Origin: Spironucleus salmonicida
Taxonomy: Eukaryota
Length of the DNA stretch: 64,000 bases
Direction: 5' to 3'
Assembly: GCF_000497125.1 (NCBI RefSeq)
Contig: NC_090598.1
Coordinates: forward strand, 372,001-436,000
Positions 31,026-42,269 of the stretch are shown here, piece by piece. The number at the start of each line of letters is the position of its first letter. The stretch's first letter is position 1. The notes beneath the pieces were generated by a model, which saw nothing but the letters and a program-made list of their open reading frames with translations, had not been told where the DNA came from and searched no databases. The position numbers and the translations under genes were made by a program.

Positions 31026-31398
31026 TCTTGTGGTCTGTTCGCTGATATATGGAAACTGTTTCTATATATCAGCGAAAACTCACTATTTTTGGTTATAGCA
31101 ACCATATAAATTGCTTTGCAGCAATTTATGTAATCAGGAAATATTTTAATTAGAATCCATTCAGATTCTCATTTCTAAAAATAATGGTATTTCCCACGTC
31201 AACGGATGCTTCTACTCGCAAGCTTGCTACTATATCCGAGACCTGCGATGGATCCTAATCCGATATATAGTAGTCTAGATATAATATTGGTGCTAACATT
31301 TAAATCCTACGCGAGGAAACCTTTCTCATATTCTTATAGTACTTGAGCACACCAGAGGCAGGCTCTTTCAACCTTTAACACCACACCAGATAACAAGA
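31026..31398 (+). ncRNA. Candidate structured ncRNA, copy 1 (family unassigned)
   Basis: Closing helix 31026-31037/31387-31398 and internal stems 31038-31076, 31104-31131, 31137-31194, 31226-31274; G-U pairs favour this strand; the reading frame of the adjacent ORF is stopped by TGA here. Confidence 0.5.
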
Positions 31399-31466
31399 CT
31401 ACCAGTTTCACAGAAAAATATCACTGTGTGTATCAGCTCGTTACACTGGAGCTAACACAATAACAA

Positions 31467-31844
31467 TCACACCTCGCTTAACTCTTCTCCACAAATCTCA
31501 TCCTCAAATTCATCTTCTGGAACTTCTCCCATTAACCGATCTGGCCTAGTCAGTCTATATTAAATTTTCTCCAGATCAGTATTATTGTAAAGAATATCTG
31601 TCAATATATCACCGTTTGCTATCGCAAGTGCAGCTAATGCTAATTCACCTATTATCAAACCTCCAGATGCAAAAGGTTCAACATCTAAAGGAAGTGGAAA
31701 TTGATCATCAACTATCTTATCCCCATTAATGAATGCTCTTAATGTATTGCACGCCTATTGTTATTTTTTAAAAGCTTCCTAACAGTTATTCTTCCCAACC
31801 AAATTTTCCACTATGGACTAATACAACTTTACGCGATGCTTCAT
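31467..31844 (-). CDS. Orphan 125-aa protein, copy 1
   Basis: MKHRVKLYQSIVENLVGKNNCQEAFK...EDEFEDEICGEELSEV*; preceded by TATATTATATATT and a C-rich tract. Confidence 0.7.
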
Positions 31845-32643
31845 GATAGAGGTGAAGTGTGTATAAGTATAATATATAATATACAAGTCACTTTAAAACT
31901 TAAAAGGCATCACGAGTTGGTTCTTCACCTTCATAAACCTTGAACTTTTCGGAGTAAACTCAATCTCAATTTCTTTTTGGCCTATATTTAGCCACAGGTA
32001 ATGTTTGTGATATTGGTATCTGCACTTCAAGCTTTTACTTACATCATTATACTAAATAATTCACCATCTCTGATGACAGTTACATCTTTTGATAATAATT
32101 TAATATATTGTATTAATCATGATTATTAATGGTTATTTTTCATCTGTCATATTATAAATAGCAGTTGTTGACTTAACTCCATACTACCGTACTCTGCAAA
32201 TTTTTATTGACATTTTGAGAATACAAAAATTAATATTAGAAATTAAATATAATTTAGTTAATAATTTTAAAATTTGTTTATGTTTATTATCTTAAGTATG
32301 TGCATTATTGAAAATCATTATTTGTTTTGGAAATAATGTTCAGTTTTACAAAATCTTTAATTAAATTATTATATTATATAAAATTATTATTATAAATGAG
32401 ATAGATTAAATTACAAAAGAATTAAAACTTACGCAAGTAGACGAATATCTACTGGAATTATAGTAATATTATAGATACCAAAATAAAAACTGTATACACC
32501 ATAAATCTAAGATGCATGTATCAAATGGTAAAGGCATAATATTGCTTAAGTTTATGGAAACTCTTTATATTAATAAAGATCTAAGTCTTCACAAACTTAA
32601 TTTAATATATAACGAACTAGTATACTATATTTATCTTTCTAAC

Positions 32644-33021
32644 ATGAAGCATCGCGTAAAGTTGTATTAGTCCATAGTGGAAAATTTGGTTGGGAAGAAT
32701 AACTGTTAGGAAGCTTTTAAAAAATAACAATAGGCGTGCAATACATTAAGAGCATTCATTAATGGGGATAAGATAGTTGATGATCAATTTCCACTTCCTT
32801 TAGATGTTGAACCTTTTGCATCTGGAGGTTTGATAATAGGTGAATTAGCATTAGCTGCACTTGCGATAGCAAACGGTGATATATTGACAGATATTCTTTA
32901 CAATAATACTGATCTGGAGAAAATTTAATATAGACTGACTAGGCCAGATCGGTTAATGGGAGAAGTTCCAGAAGATGAATTTGAGGATGAGATTTGTGGA
33001 GAAGAGTTAAGCGAGGTGTGA
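32644..33021 (+). CDS. Orphan 125-aa protein, copy 2 (matches copy 1)
   Basis: Same ORF; the ATG starts one base inside the repeat boundary. Confidence 0.7.
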
Positions 33022-33089
33022 TTGTTATTGTGTTAGCTCCAGTGTAACGAGCTGATACACACAGTGATATTTTTCTGTGAAACTGGTAG

Positions 33090-33462
33090 TCTTGTTATCT
33101 GGTGTGGTGTTAAAGGTTGAAAGAGCCTGCCTCTGGTGTGCTCAAGTACTATAAGAATATGAGAAAGGTTTCCTCGCGTAGGATTTAAATGTTAGCACCA
33201 ATATTATATCTAGACTACTATATATCGGATTAGGATCCATCGCAGGTCTCGGATATAGTAGCAAGCTTGCGAGTAGAAGCATCCGTTGACGTGGGAAATA
33301 CCATTATTTTTAGAAATGAGAATCTGAATGGATTCTAATTAAAATATTTCCTGATTACATAAATTGCTGCAAAGCAATTTATATGGTTGCTATAACCAAA
33401 AATAGTGAGTTTTCGCTGATATATAGAAACAGTTTCCATATATCAGCGAACAGACCACAAGA
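33090..33462 (-). ncRNA. Candidate structured ncRNA, copy 2
   Basis: Inverted copy of 31026-31398. Confidence 0.5.
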
Positions 33463-33668
33463 GAGGCCGGGAGATATAATGAGCAAATATATTATCATTA
33501 TTACTACTTAAGAAATATAAGTATTTTAAATTATCTCATTTATACTCTTTATAATATTTCAAAATTATCATGTAATATACTAGTAATAAGAATATTATAT
33601 ATTTGTTATAAGTATTAATTAATATTATGTATTTATATATGATTTATATTTCCTTTCTTAAACATCAA

Positions 33669-35345
33669 ATGTCGTAATAGACTGATCTTGATATAAAAAG
33701 CAAATCACGTTAATAATAACTTCAAAAAGAAGAAGAACCCAAAATAATATAATAAAAGAATAGAAAAATGAATATCAAACATCTTTGCATACTTCTTACA
33801 GTTTTATTTGCTATTGGATTTATATATCTACTGAATTATAATTCTAAATCACCTAAGTTAACTGAATCTTAGAGATAATTTATTAAAGAACACCCAGGAT
33901 ATGGTCTTAATGGCTAATTGGAAAGCTTAAGACGTAAAGAGTTTAGTTATCTTACAAAGAATGGAACATATTTAGATTTTACTGGTGCTGGAATGTTTTA
34001 GGAATCACAGTTATAGAACACAATCAATGAACTTTCGAATAATCTCTATTGTAATACACATTCACTCTCAGCATGTTCTAAAAATACGGATAAGACAGTC
34101 GAAGAAGTAAGAAACGCTCTTCTTGATTATTTTAATGCTCCAAAAGGCACATATTCTATTATATTTACCGCATCTGCAACGGCTGCTCTTAAGCTGGTTG
34201 GTGACTCATTTCCATGGTCCAATTCGTCTAAATTTTTGTATTCCAAACATAATCATAATTCAGTTCTTGGTATGCGTCGACTAGCAATTGCGAATGGTGC
34301 TAAATATCAAACTCTTCCTTGGGATTATTATCTTAACATTTAAAAACCAGTTAAAATGGAAACTGCCAGAGAAGTATTAACCAAACATTATCATGATGAA
34401 GATGACGGTAATACAACTTATAATTTATTAGCTTTTCCTGCTGAGTGTAATTTTTCAGGTATTAAATATCCTTTGGATATTGTTCAAAATTTTGAAGCAA
34501 ATGATGAAGGAGAAACTTATAATTAAGGAAAATGGCACGTACTTCTTGATGTAGCTGCATATATACCAACTCACAAATTAGATCTGAATGCAACGCCAGT
34601 TAGTTTTGCAGTAATGTCATTCTATAAAATGTTTGGTTTCCCTACCGGAATTGGTGCTTTAATTGTACGAAATGATGCTGCTGGATTACTTAGAAAGACT
34701 TGGTTTGCAGGTGGTAGTGTAGTTATGGCCAGCTGTGATAGTGATTATTGCAAGTTAAAACCGAGATATAGTGAGAAATTTGAAGATGGAAGCCTTAATT
34801 ATTAGGGTATTTTAGGAGTTAAATATGGACTTTAGGCAATAAAAAATGTAGGAATTGATAACATTTAAGATCATATTTGTGCTCTTAGGACACGTGCATG
34901 GGAGCGTAGTTAAAAAATCACACACTCTAATGGAAGAAAGCTATTTGTTGTTTATGGTGAGCATCATTTGGATTGTTCTGTTTAAGGCGGTATTTTATCT
35001 TTTAACCTTATTGATAAGAGTGGAAACTTTATTGGATATACAAAGCTTACAACTTCTGCGGCTGAACATAATTTTATGCTCCGTGCTGGCTGTTCTTGCA
35101 ACCCTGGAGCATGTACAAACTATCTCGGTTTAAGTGAAGAGCAAGTTATAAAAACTAGCGCCAATAGATCGAGCTGTGGAGATGATATTGATAATATCAA
35201 TGGTATTCCTTTAGGTGCTGTAAGAATTAGCTTTGGATATCCAAATAATATTTAAGATGTAGACAGTTTCTTTGATTACATTGAAGCCAACTGGGTAGAT
35301 TACTAAGGAAAATCTGATTTTGGAGGATTTTCTGGGATGATGTGA
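33669..35345 (+). CDS. Molybdenum cofactor sulfurase-like PLP enzyme (aminotransferase class V) with N-terminal TM helix (558 aa)
   Basis: YLDFTGAG, FTASATAALKLVG, NHNSVLGMR, AECNFSG, SFYKMFGFPTGIGAL, FEDGS, RAGCSCNPGAC, GAVRISFG; no C-terminal MOSC domain. Confidence 0.9.
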
Positions 35346-35480
35346 TCAAAATATTATTCAATCGTCTTTTTGAGTATTTGAAGTTCATGTAAATGCAACT
35401 TAATTTTTCCGCATAAAATATAAATAAAATTTATATTATACTATATAATAATAAACTTATCCTTCTGCACTAGCTTTTAA

Positions 35481-36383
35481 ATGGATTCAAATCTCTTGGA
35501 CGAGTCTACTATAGCACTTCCTAATCCACCAACATCTCATTATGATCTCCTACCTCAAGTTCTAACATAATAACTTCGCTCTGCTAAAGCTGCTCTTTTT
35601 TCTGAAGTCTCTCGCGCTCGTAATACTGCAAAACCACCGCCACGCCCATTCTAACTTATCACATCAACGGCAAAAATTGCAAATTTAGGGTCTCTGACAA
35701 ATTTGCCATAAGCCAAAAATGATATTAATAAACACCTCTGTATCGTTGAGGGAGATTTGACTTAACTTGCTACAGAGGCATATATAGTTCCTTATGGGAG
35801 CACATGTGAACTTAGTGCTAGAGTCCATGCCAGATGTGGTATATCTTTATAAAATGAGTTGAAACGCTTAGTAACAAATTAACGTGTTGGGGAAGCAGTT
35901 TAAACTCCACCTTATGATTTATTTTAAATTGATGCAGGAGGTTAAAAATATCCACTAATGCTATATCATGCTATTGCTCCCAATCAGGAAGACCCATAAG
36001 GTCTTAAGAGTGCTTATGAAAGAGCACTGTATTTATGTGCTAGTGATGGTATGAAAACGATTAGTTTGCCAATTTTGAGTGGGGTAGCTTATCCAACTCC
36101 AGGTGTTGAGTACTATCCTCTTATTGGTTCGATTCATGTACTTTTAAGTGTTTTAAGAGCGTGGTTCGAAAGGGATGATATAAAAAGTGCTATTGATTTA
36201 GTTGTTATAGTCTGTTAAAATGCCAGAGAAACTAGTGTAGTCAACGAATTAATGGATTTATATTTCCCATTTGATGATTAAAATTACGTAAAGGATTCGC
36301 TTAATGATTTTGAAACAGAGGTTGTAGTTGCTGCCACTGCTAAAAAAGGAAAAAAAGGAAAAGGTAAGAAGGGGAAAAAGTGA
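35481..36383 (+). CDS. Macrodomain protein, divergent (300 aa)
   Basis: IVEGDLTQL, VHARCG, GEAVQTPPYDL, YHAIAP, LKSAY, TISLPILSG; basic tail KKGKKGKGKKGKK*. Confidence 0.8.
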
Positions 36384-36465
36384 TACAATGTATACTGTAA
36401 TTGATATTATTAATAAAAATTTAATATATACAGTATTATATAAATATTAATAATATTAGTATAAT

Positions 36466-37302
36466 ATGCTCCCTAACATAATGCAAAAAACTATTAGAAA
36501 ACAAAAGCGTCCTATCTTATTTTAACGAAGAATTTTATCAACAGTTTATGAGGCATCTGAAGAAGAAGAATTCCATACATCGCTACCATCTCTTCCACCA
36601 TTATTTTAGTTTAAACCTACACACGCTGAAAAAGTTAGTTTGTTTAATCACTAAATTTCATAGCCAATTCCTCCTACATTCTCTTTTTAGCGCAAATCTA
36701 GATTATAAATTCATAGATTCTCTGAAAATGACGATTTTATTTCATAACTCAAATAATTTAAATAATCACATTAACCAAATAATAATTGTTAGTGATATTG
36801 TCTAAATTTGTATTTCTAACAATCTTATAAAATTTGGTATTTTAATCATATATATAACTCGTAAATCAAAAAAGTTATATTGATGATTTTATAATTTGAA
36901 AGATAAATGTATATACAATTTTAAACCACTAATTAAAATGATTTACACAATAATATTAGTTTTATGTTTTATAATTTGTAACTTGATTTATTTAGATCAA
37001 TGAAAAATAATTTAATAAGCATTGATTTACTACCTTAATTTAGAATTTCTGCTTTGATAATATAGATGTTATCTCAATTATTATTAGGGTATACATTTTC
37101 TATTTAGTTACATTATTTATCATTTCAGTTAGCAATTATTTTATTTCTTTTAGTTTAACTAAATTTAGTTTTCATAAGTATACTCCAAATATACAGAATT
37201 AGTTATATTATGCTTATAATACTAATACAATCTTAAATCTTAATATTAATTAATTTAGACCATATAACTTAAAAAATAACATTTTTTGAAAGTATTATTT
37301 GA
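36466..37302 (+). CDS. Hypothetical membrane protein (278 aa)
   Basis: Open frame with hydrophobic C-terminal helices. Confidence 0.5.
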
Positions 37303-37504
37303 AAAGATCCACAATAATACAATAAAAATATTATCCAAAAAAATAAGCCACATGCTTTGCATTTATTTATAAGTATATATGATTGTTCTTATTATAAAAT
37401 TAAGATAACCTGAAATTTTACTAATTATAACTTACTCCTTTGATATTTATTATTTATAGTTGATTATTATATATTGTATTTACTAATATCCACTCCACAT
37501 TAAA

Positions 37505-40027
37505 ATGCAGCTTTAAATATAATAAGCTCTAGAACAGTCTCTAAACCCTCTTACGATACAATAGGCAACATAAACTCTAGAAACTATGCGTTTGGATCCA
37601 AATTTTACTGAAAATTTAATTCCATTCCTTTAGACCGATCTTGCATTACCTGCAATTATCTAACTCTCACTTACACATAAAAATTTTATAGATCGCTAAC
37701 CATAACCATATCTCAAGTTAGCAATATAGCTTTTATAGATTCCTCCATAAATATCTGCTATCCCCAAAACATCTAATTTTCTTAACTAACTGGTTCCACA
37801 TCTTTTTGAATCAGGCTGGTTTACACAAATTAATGATCTTTAAGAGATGTTCGTATAATAGTAAAATATTCTAGCACTTAATGCAGTATGTGCTTGTTTT
37901 GAGAAATTTTAATCAGTAAGTTTGAATGATGAAATTGCGACTAAAATATTAAATTTATTAGAAAATTCTAAAGAAATGGTTAATTTTGTTTTTAAAGATT
38001 ATACTTAATAATACAGTTCTATATTGAGACTTTTACGAGCAGCATTTTCGTGGGAAGATCTACCTGATTTTTATCTAGAACATTATTAAGATATAATAAC
38101 ATTACTGTATAAAATTATAAATAATAATATGTGTAATAAAGAGGAATTTGAGGTAATAAATGAAATAGTCGGGGAAGCTATTTGTGTTCATTCAGAAGAA
38201 CTTAAAGAACATTTAGAAATATCAGTTCAATTTTTAATATATTGTGTTGAAATGCATGTATTAGATTGTAATTATGAATATTTTGTTGCTAAGACATTAA
38301 ATAAGTTGGCTCACTTTATTAGTTCGCCTGAGATGTAATAAATAATGTTAAAATTTACTAGTAGTTTGTATTAGCTTACACTCAAGGCACTATAAATAAC
38401 AGAATAAGACTATGATAATATTAAATTTTGTGATAATTTATATTTCTAGTGTTATCAGTCACGATATGATTTTAATTCTAGAAAAGATGGTGCTGAGTAA
38501 ATTTTAAAAGAGCTTTCAAAGTTAATACCAGAAATGAAATAGAATATACAGTAATAAGCATTTTAATAAGTAACTTTTGATAATTTATCGATTTAGATTA
38601 TTTTATTTAGAGTTTTTTCTATATAAAGCATGAGTAAAATACTAGGAATCAAACTATAAGTAGACTAAGATTATGTGAACTAGTTTGGCAGAAATTTATA
38701 TAATCTCATACAAAGCATATCATCAGTTAGTGATGAGAAAATATCTTTAATCTTTTCAGATATTCTTAAATTTACGGTTGATTTTTAAACAGTATTAGAG
38801 GACTCTATTCTCACTGAGCTTATACAAAAATTAGTAGCTATTTATTTAGGGAATTCAAATTAATTTTACAATAAAAATATGGCTTCTTCCGTTACTTAAG
38901 CACTTACATCTAAAGTACCCTGTTCTTAGTTTATAAATGAGAAAATTTTATCAAAACTTATAATTGAAAGCTAGGAAAATGTTATGTCAGATATAGAAAT
39001 ACAAGCTGTTTATTGTATTCTAAAAGCAGTCGTTAATTCTCTTTCAATTGAAAGTTAATCACAATTTATGTAATAAATTTTATAACTTCTTTAGATTTCT
39101 CTTTAAAATGAAGCTGGATAATCATATCTACATTACCTGTTTGAAACTACAGGTATTTTCATTAAATTTGCTAAATTTGATGTTTAAGATATATTTATAT
39201 ACTTATAGTAACTCACATTAAATGTGAATGAAAGCTAGCTTTAGGAGATATCCCCTTTCATATATTAACTTTTTACTTTAACTTCAAATACTGATATTTA
39301 ACTTCCATTATTATATCAAAGCTTAACCATAGAAACATACCAAAATTATCCAGATATGACGTTACCTTTATTATTCTTTGCAGATAAGTACTTAACTAAT
39401 AATAAAATTGAATTTTATCAAAAACCAAACACCATATTAAGATTAACATAAGAGTTTGGTCCCCAACTTAAGATTGAACCTGTGATATAAGATTTAATAA
39501 CCATATTGGTATAATAAAAATCAAAAATGCACCTTGCAATTAAGTTTATAAATAATACTATGGCAACAATAAGGTATGAACAACAATTTTTGTCTCAACT
39601 CACAATGTTTATTATGTCATAGAAGTAAATTCTTTTTACAAATAGGGAGCTACTTAAGTAATGTAGTATATATCTTTTAATGGAAATTGAAAATATTCCT
39701 AATTAGTAAGAAACTTTGTAAATGATAATCAAGCCAGCAGCTACTAGTTTTGGCATTCGTGATTAGTACAAATAAATATACTGTTCATTATTAGTGGAAA
39801 AGAGTTCTAGTTTATCATAATTTTTACCTTTAATTATTGAAATTTGTGGGCTTGCATTAGGAAAAATTAGAACTAGAGGAAATATGGGGCTAACTAGATA
39901 AGAAAAGGAGGGATAGGTGGTAGGTGTAAGTGTTTTAGATAGCGTTCTGGATAAGGAAAATGTGTTGAGTCTGGCTGACTTAACTGCAGAGTGCTAATAA
40001 AGACTCGGAGTTACGGCTTGGTAGTGA
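37505..40027 (+). CDS. Importin-beta family protein, Cse1/exportin-2-like (840 aa)
   Basis: N-terminus ALEQSLNP...QATQTLE typical of IBN_N; WEDLPDFYLEH resembles Cse1 QDLPEFFEDN; ends TAGTGA. Confidence 0.65.
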
Positions 40028-40074
40028 TTGAAAGGTTACAATATGGTATAATAATATAATAATGATTAAATAAA

Positions 40075-41574
40075 ATGAATTTATCAAAATGTATTTATAA
40101 ACAAATCTGTTAAGAGGCCTCTTATTAAGTTCTCACATTTGCCTAGAAAACAGTTCTAGATGCAATTTTAACCATGGAGACTCCCATTTTTATTTTAGCA
40201 CTACCTGGAGCCGGAACGTCACATTTGATGTAATGTATTTCTAATATTGGGCGAGCTGTTTATGCTAATGAATTTTAAATATTTCAGGAGTAGAATAATA
40301 TATAAAATTGTCAATTCTTATTGGTTGAAGACTCGCATTTATATTCTTTAAATATACTTTAACTACCTATCAAACATGCAAGTAATGTAGTTTTAGCTGG
40401 ATTATACAATTAGGATATCATGAAATTTATTAGATAACGTGGAATATCTATTTGTGTGCTAGAGCATAATATGAAACATCTCTCTAGGAACATTTTTATG
40501 TTATAACGTGCTTTATCTAGACTAGATCAAAGTGATTTATAATATATGTTTGAAGAGTTCCAGGAAAAAATTGAGCCGGTTACATATCAAATAAGTAATA
40601 TAGTAGAAATATACTTAAATGTATAAGATCGTCGAGATTATTTCAGAAATAAAGATGCTGTATTTTAACATAAACATGATTTTTAAGGTAGGTTAAAGAA
40701 TTATAATTTATTTTATAAAAGTCAATAATAGGAAGTTATAATAGAGTTTCCTCCTATAGTATTAGTTGAAAAGTATATAGATGCAGAAAAATTTCATAGT
40801 TAATTGATTCAAGCAGCTGAGGGAGTAATTAAGATAGAAAATTATATTTTTTGGCCATAATCACTCATTATTTTTAACTAAAATCATAAAGATATTTAGA
40901 TCTATGAGATTGGATTAATAACAAATATAGTTGAAATATAAGGAAGATATTAATTTATTATCGTAATAAAAAATAGAAATAATTTATACTTAGTGGATAT
41001 CATTCCCAATATTTAAAATATACCTTTTGAACTAGCATTTGCTTTATCAATTGATCGGTATAATTTTTTAAAACTCGATCGAGCTATTATTTAAATTGTA
41101 AGAGATTCTAGTTAGCAGTTCATACTTCAGTGCATTTCAATGGCTTAGTAAATCTAATTAGCAGTACTGTAAGCCCCGATTTTCTCAAACACAAGAGTTA
41201 ATTTTTTTAATCTTTCTAATTAAGTGTTAAATTCATTATATTCCTAAAAAAATTTAGTAATACCTGAATTTCTAAGCTAAAATCCATTTATTACAACATA
41301 CTATAGAGAGAAGAAAGATTTATATAACTAGTATAAGCAGGAGTTATAGTTTCACTAACCAAATCCACCCAGTTTCGAAAAATTTTATGTTAGATAAGCT
41401 CATAGTTAATCACCTGTATTATTTGGTGGTATTTACACGGGCTATCCTGCAACACACTAATATCATATTCATTCACTGTAAGAAAGCTTACAGTCTCATA
41501 TTAATTAAAATTTTCCATTGTAAAATTTATATGATGAAATTTCTATTAGTAGTTCGAAGTCCGATTTTCTTTGA
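40075..41574 (+). CDS. Hypothetical protein with a degenerate P-loop (499 aa)
   Basis: IFILALPGAGTS and FLLVED resemble Walker A/B motifs but lack the catalytic Lys. Confidence 0.55.
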
Positions 41575-41683
41575 TATATCAAGTATGATTTATCTTATAT
41601 GACATTAAATTAATTCAATACATATTCTAGTACAATTATTATATTATATATTATATAATAATTAATAGTGCTTCAATACTTAA

Positions 41684-42229
41684 ATGCTACCAGTGAATCC
41701 AGTTATAAATCATGATGAGTTAAAATCTGCATTCAAAGAATAATTTGATATATTTTCATTTAAATTCTAGTCTTAGCATCCCTTAGATAGAGTCGCAACA
41801 AAGAAATTCATTCCAGACCCTCCTCGATAAATTTCATAGTAAGCAACTAAATTTGGAGGTGAGCGCAAGACAGTTTTTGAAAAAATTATCAATAACTAAA
41901 AGAATATGTCGTAATCTATTGGATACTTGAATCCATATCACAACAAAATTTATCATGTTTCTAAAGATACACCAGATCTTATTCCAACTCCTAGGCAGAC
42001 GTATGTTGATAAAATTGTTACTTACTCAGATGCATACTAGAAGCTTCCTGAGCTTCGATCTTAATTTTGCACAAAAATAAACTGCTAAGAGCGTACAATG
42101 CCAGAGCCATTCTCACTCACCAGAAGAAAAAAATATAAATACGTAGTAAAATACGACCCAAAGTTAGAATTTTCTGGAAAATTTAGCTTCTCGAAATCTA
42201 TGAATCTATCATTATCGAGCATTTAGTGA
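41684..42229 (+). CDS. Hypothetical protein (181 aa)
   Basis: MLPVNPVINHDEL...; ends TAGTGA. Confidence 0.6.
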
Positions 42230-42269
42230 TTTTTTACCTGTCAAAATTCACAAAATATGCTCGATTCGG

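Larger units (their letters stand above)
31007..31845. repeat. Left arm of an 839-bp inverted duplication
   Basis: Reverse complement of 32643-33481; no mismatch in the segments compared; identity breaks at both ends. Confidence 0.95.
32643..33481. repeat. Right arm of the 839-bp inverted duplication
   Basis: Reverse complement of 31007-31845; a unique 797-bp spacer (31846-32642) lies between the arms. Confidence 0.95.

Noticed and set aside
31007-31080. U2 snRNA, or a hammerhead/HDV ribozyme, at the cassette end
   Set aside because: ATATCTCCCGGCCT and TCTGTTC resemble U2 only superficially and the GTAGTA branch-pairing sequence is missing; there is no CTGANGA core or HDV pseudoknot.
31251-31261. 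ATCCTAATCC as a telomerase template for TTAGGA
   Set aside because: It is more simply explained as a GGAT/ATCC hairpin with a CCTA loop.
31846-32642. Protein-coding gene or selenoprotein in the spacer
   Set aside because: Frames are short, interrupted by TGA or lack a suitable ATG; no motif or SECIS recognised.
33016-33480. Group II intron (starts GTGTG, ends AT) or group I intron in the repeat
   Set aside because: No domain V or P7 core was found, the downstream flanks differ between copies, and G-U pairing favours the opposite strand.
31007-33481. DNA transposon with long terminal inverted repeats
   Set aside because: No transposase ORF in the spacer and no target-site duplication seen; a non-autonomous element is not fully excluded.
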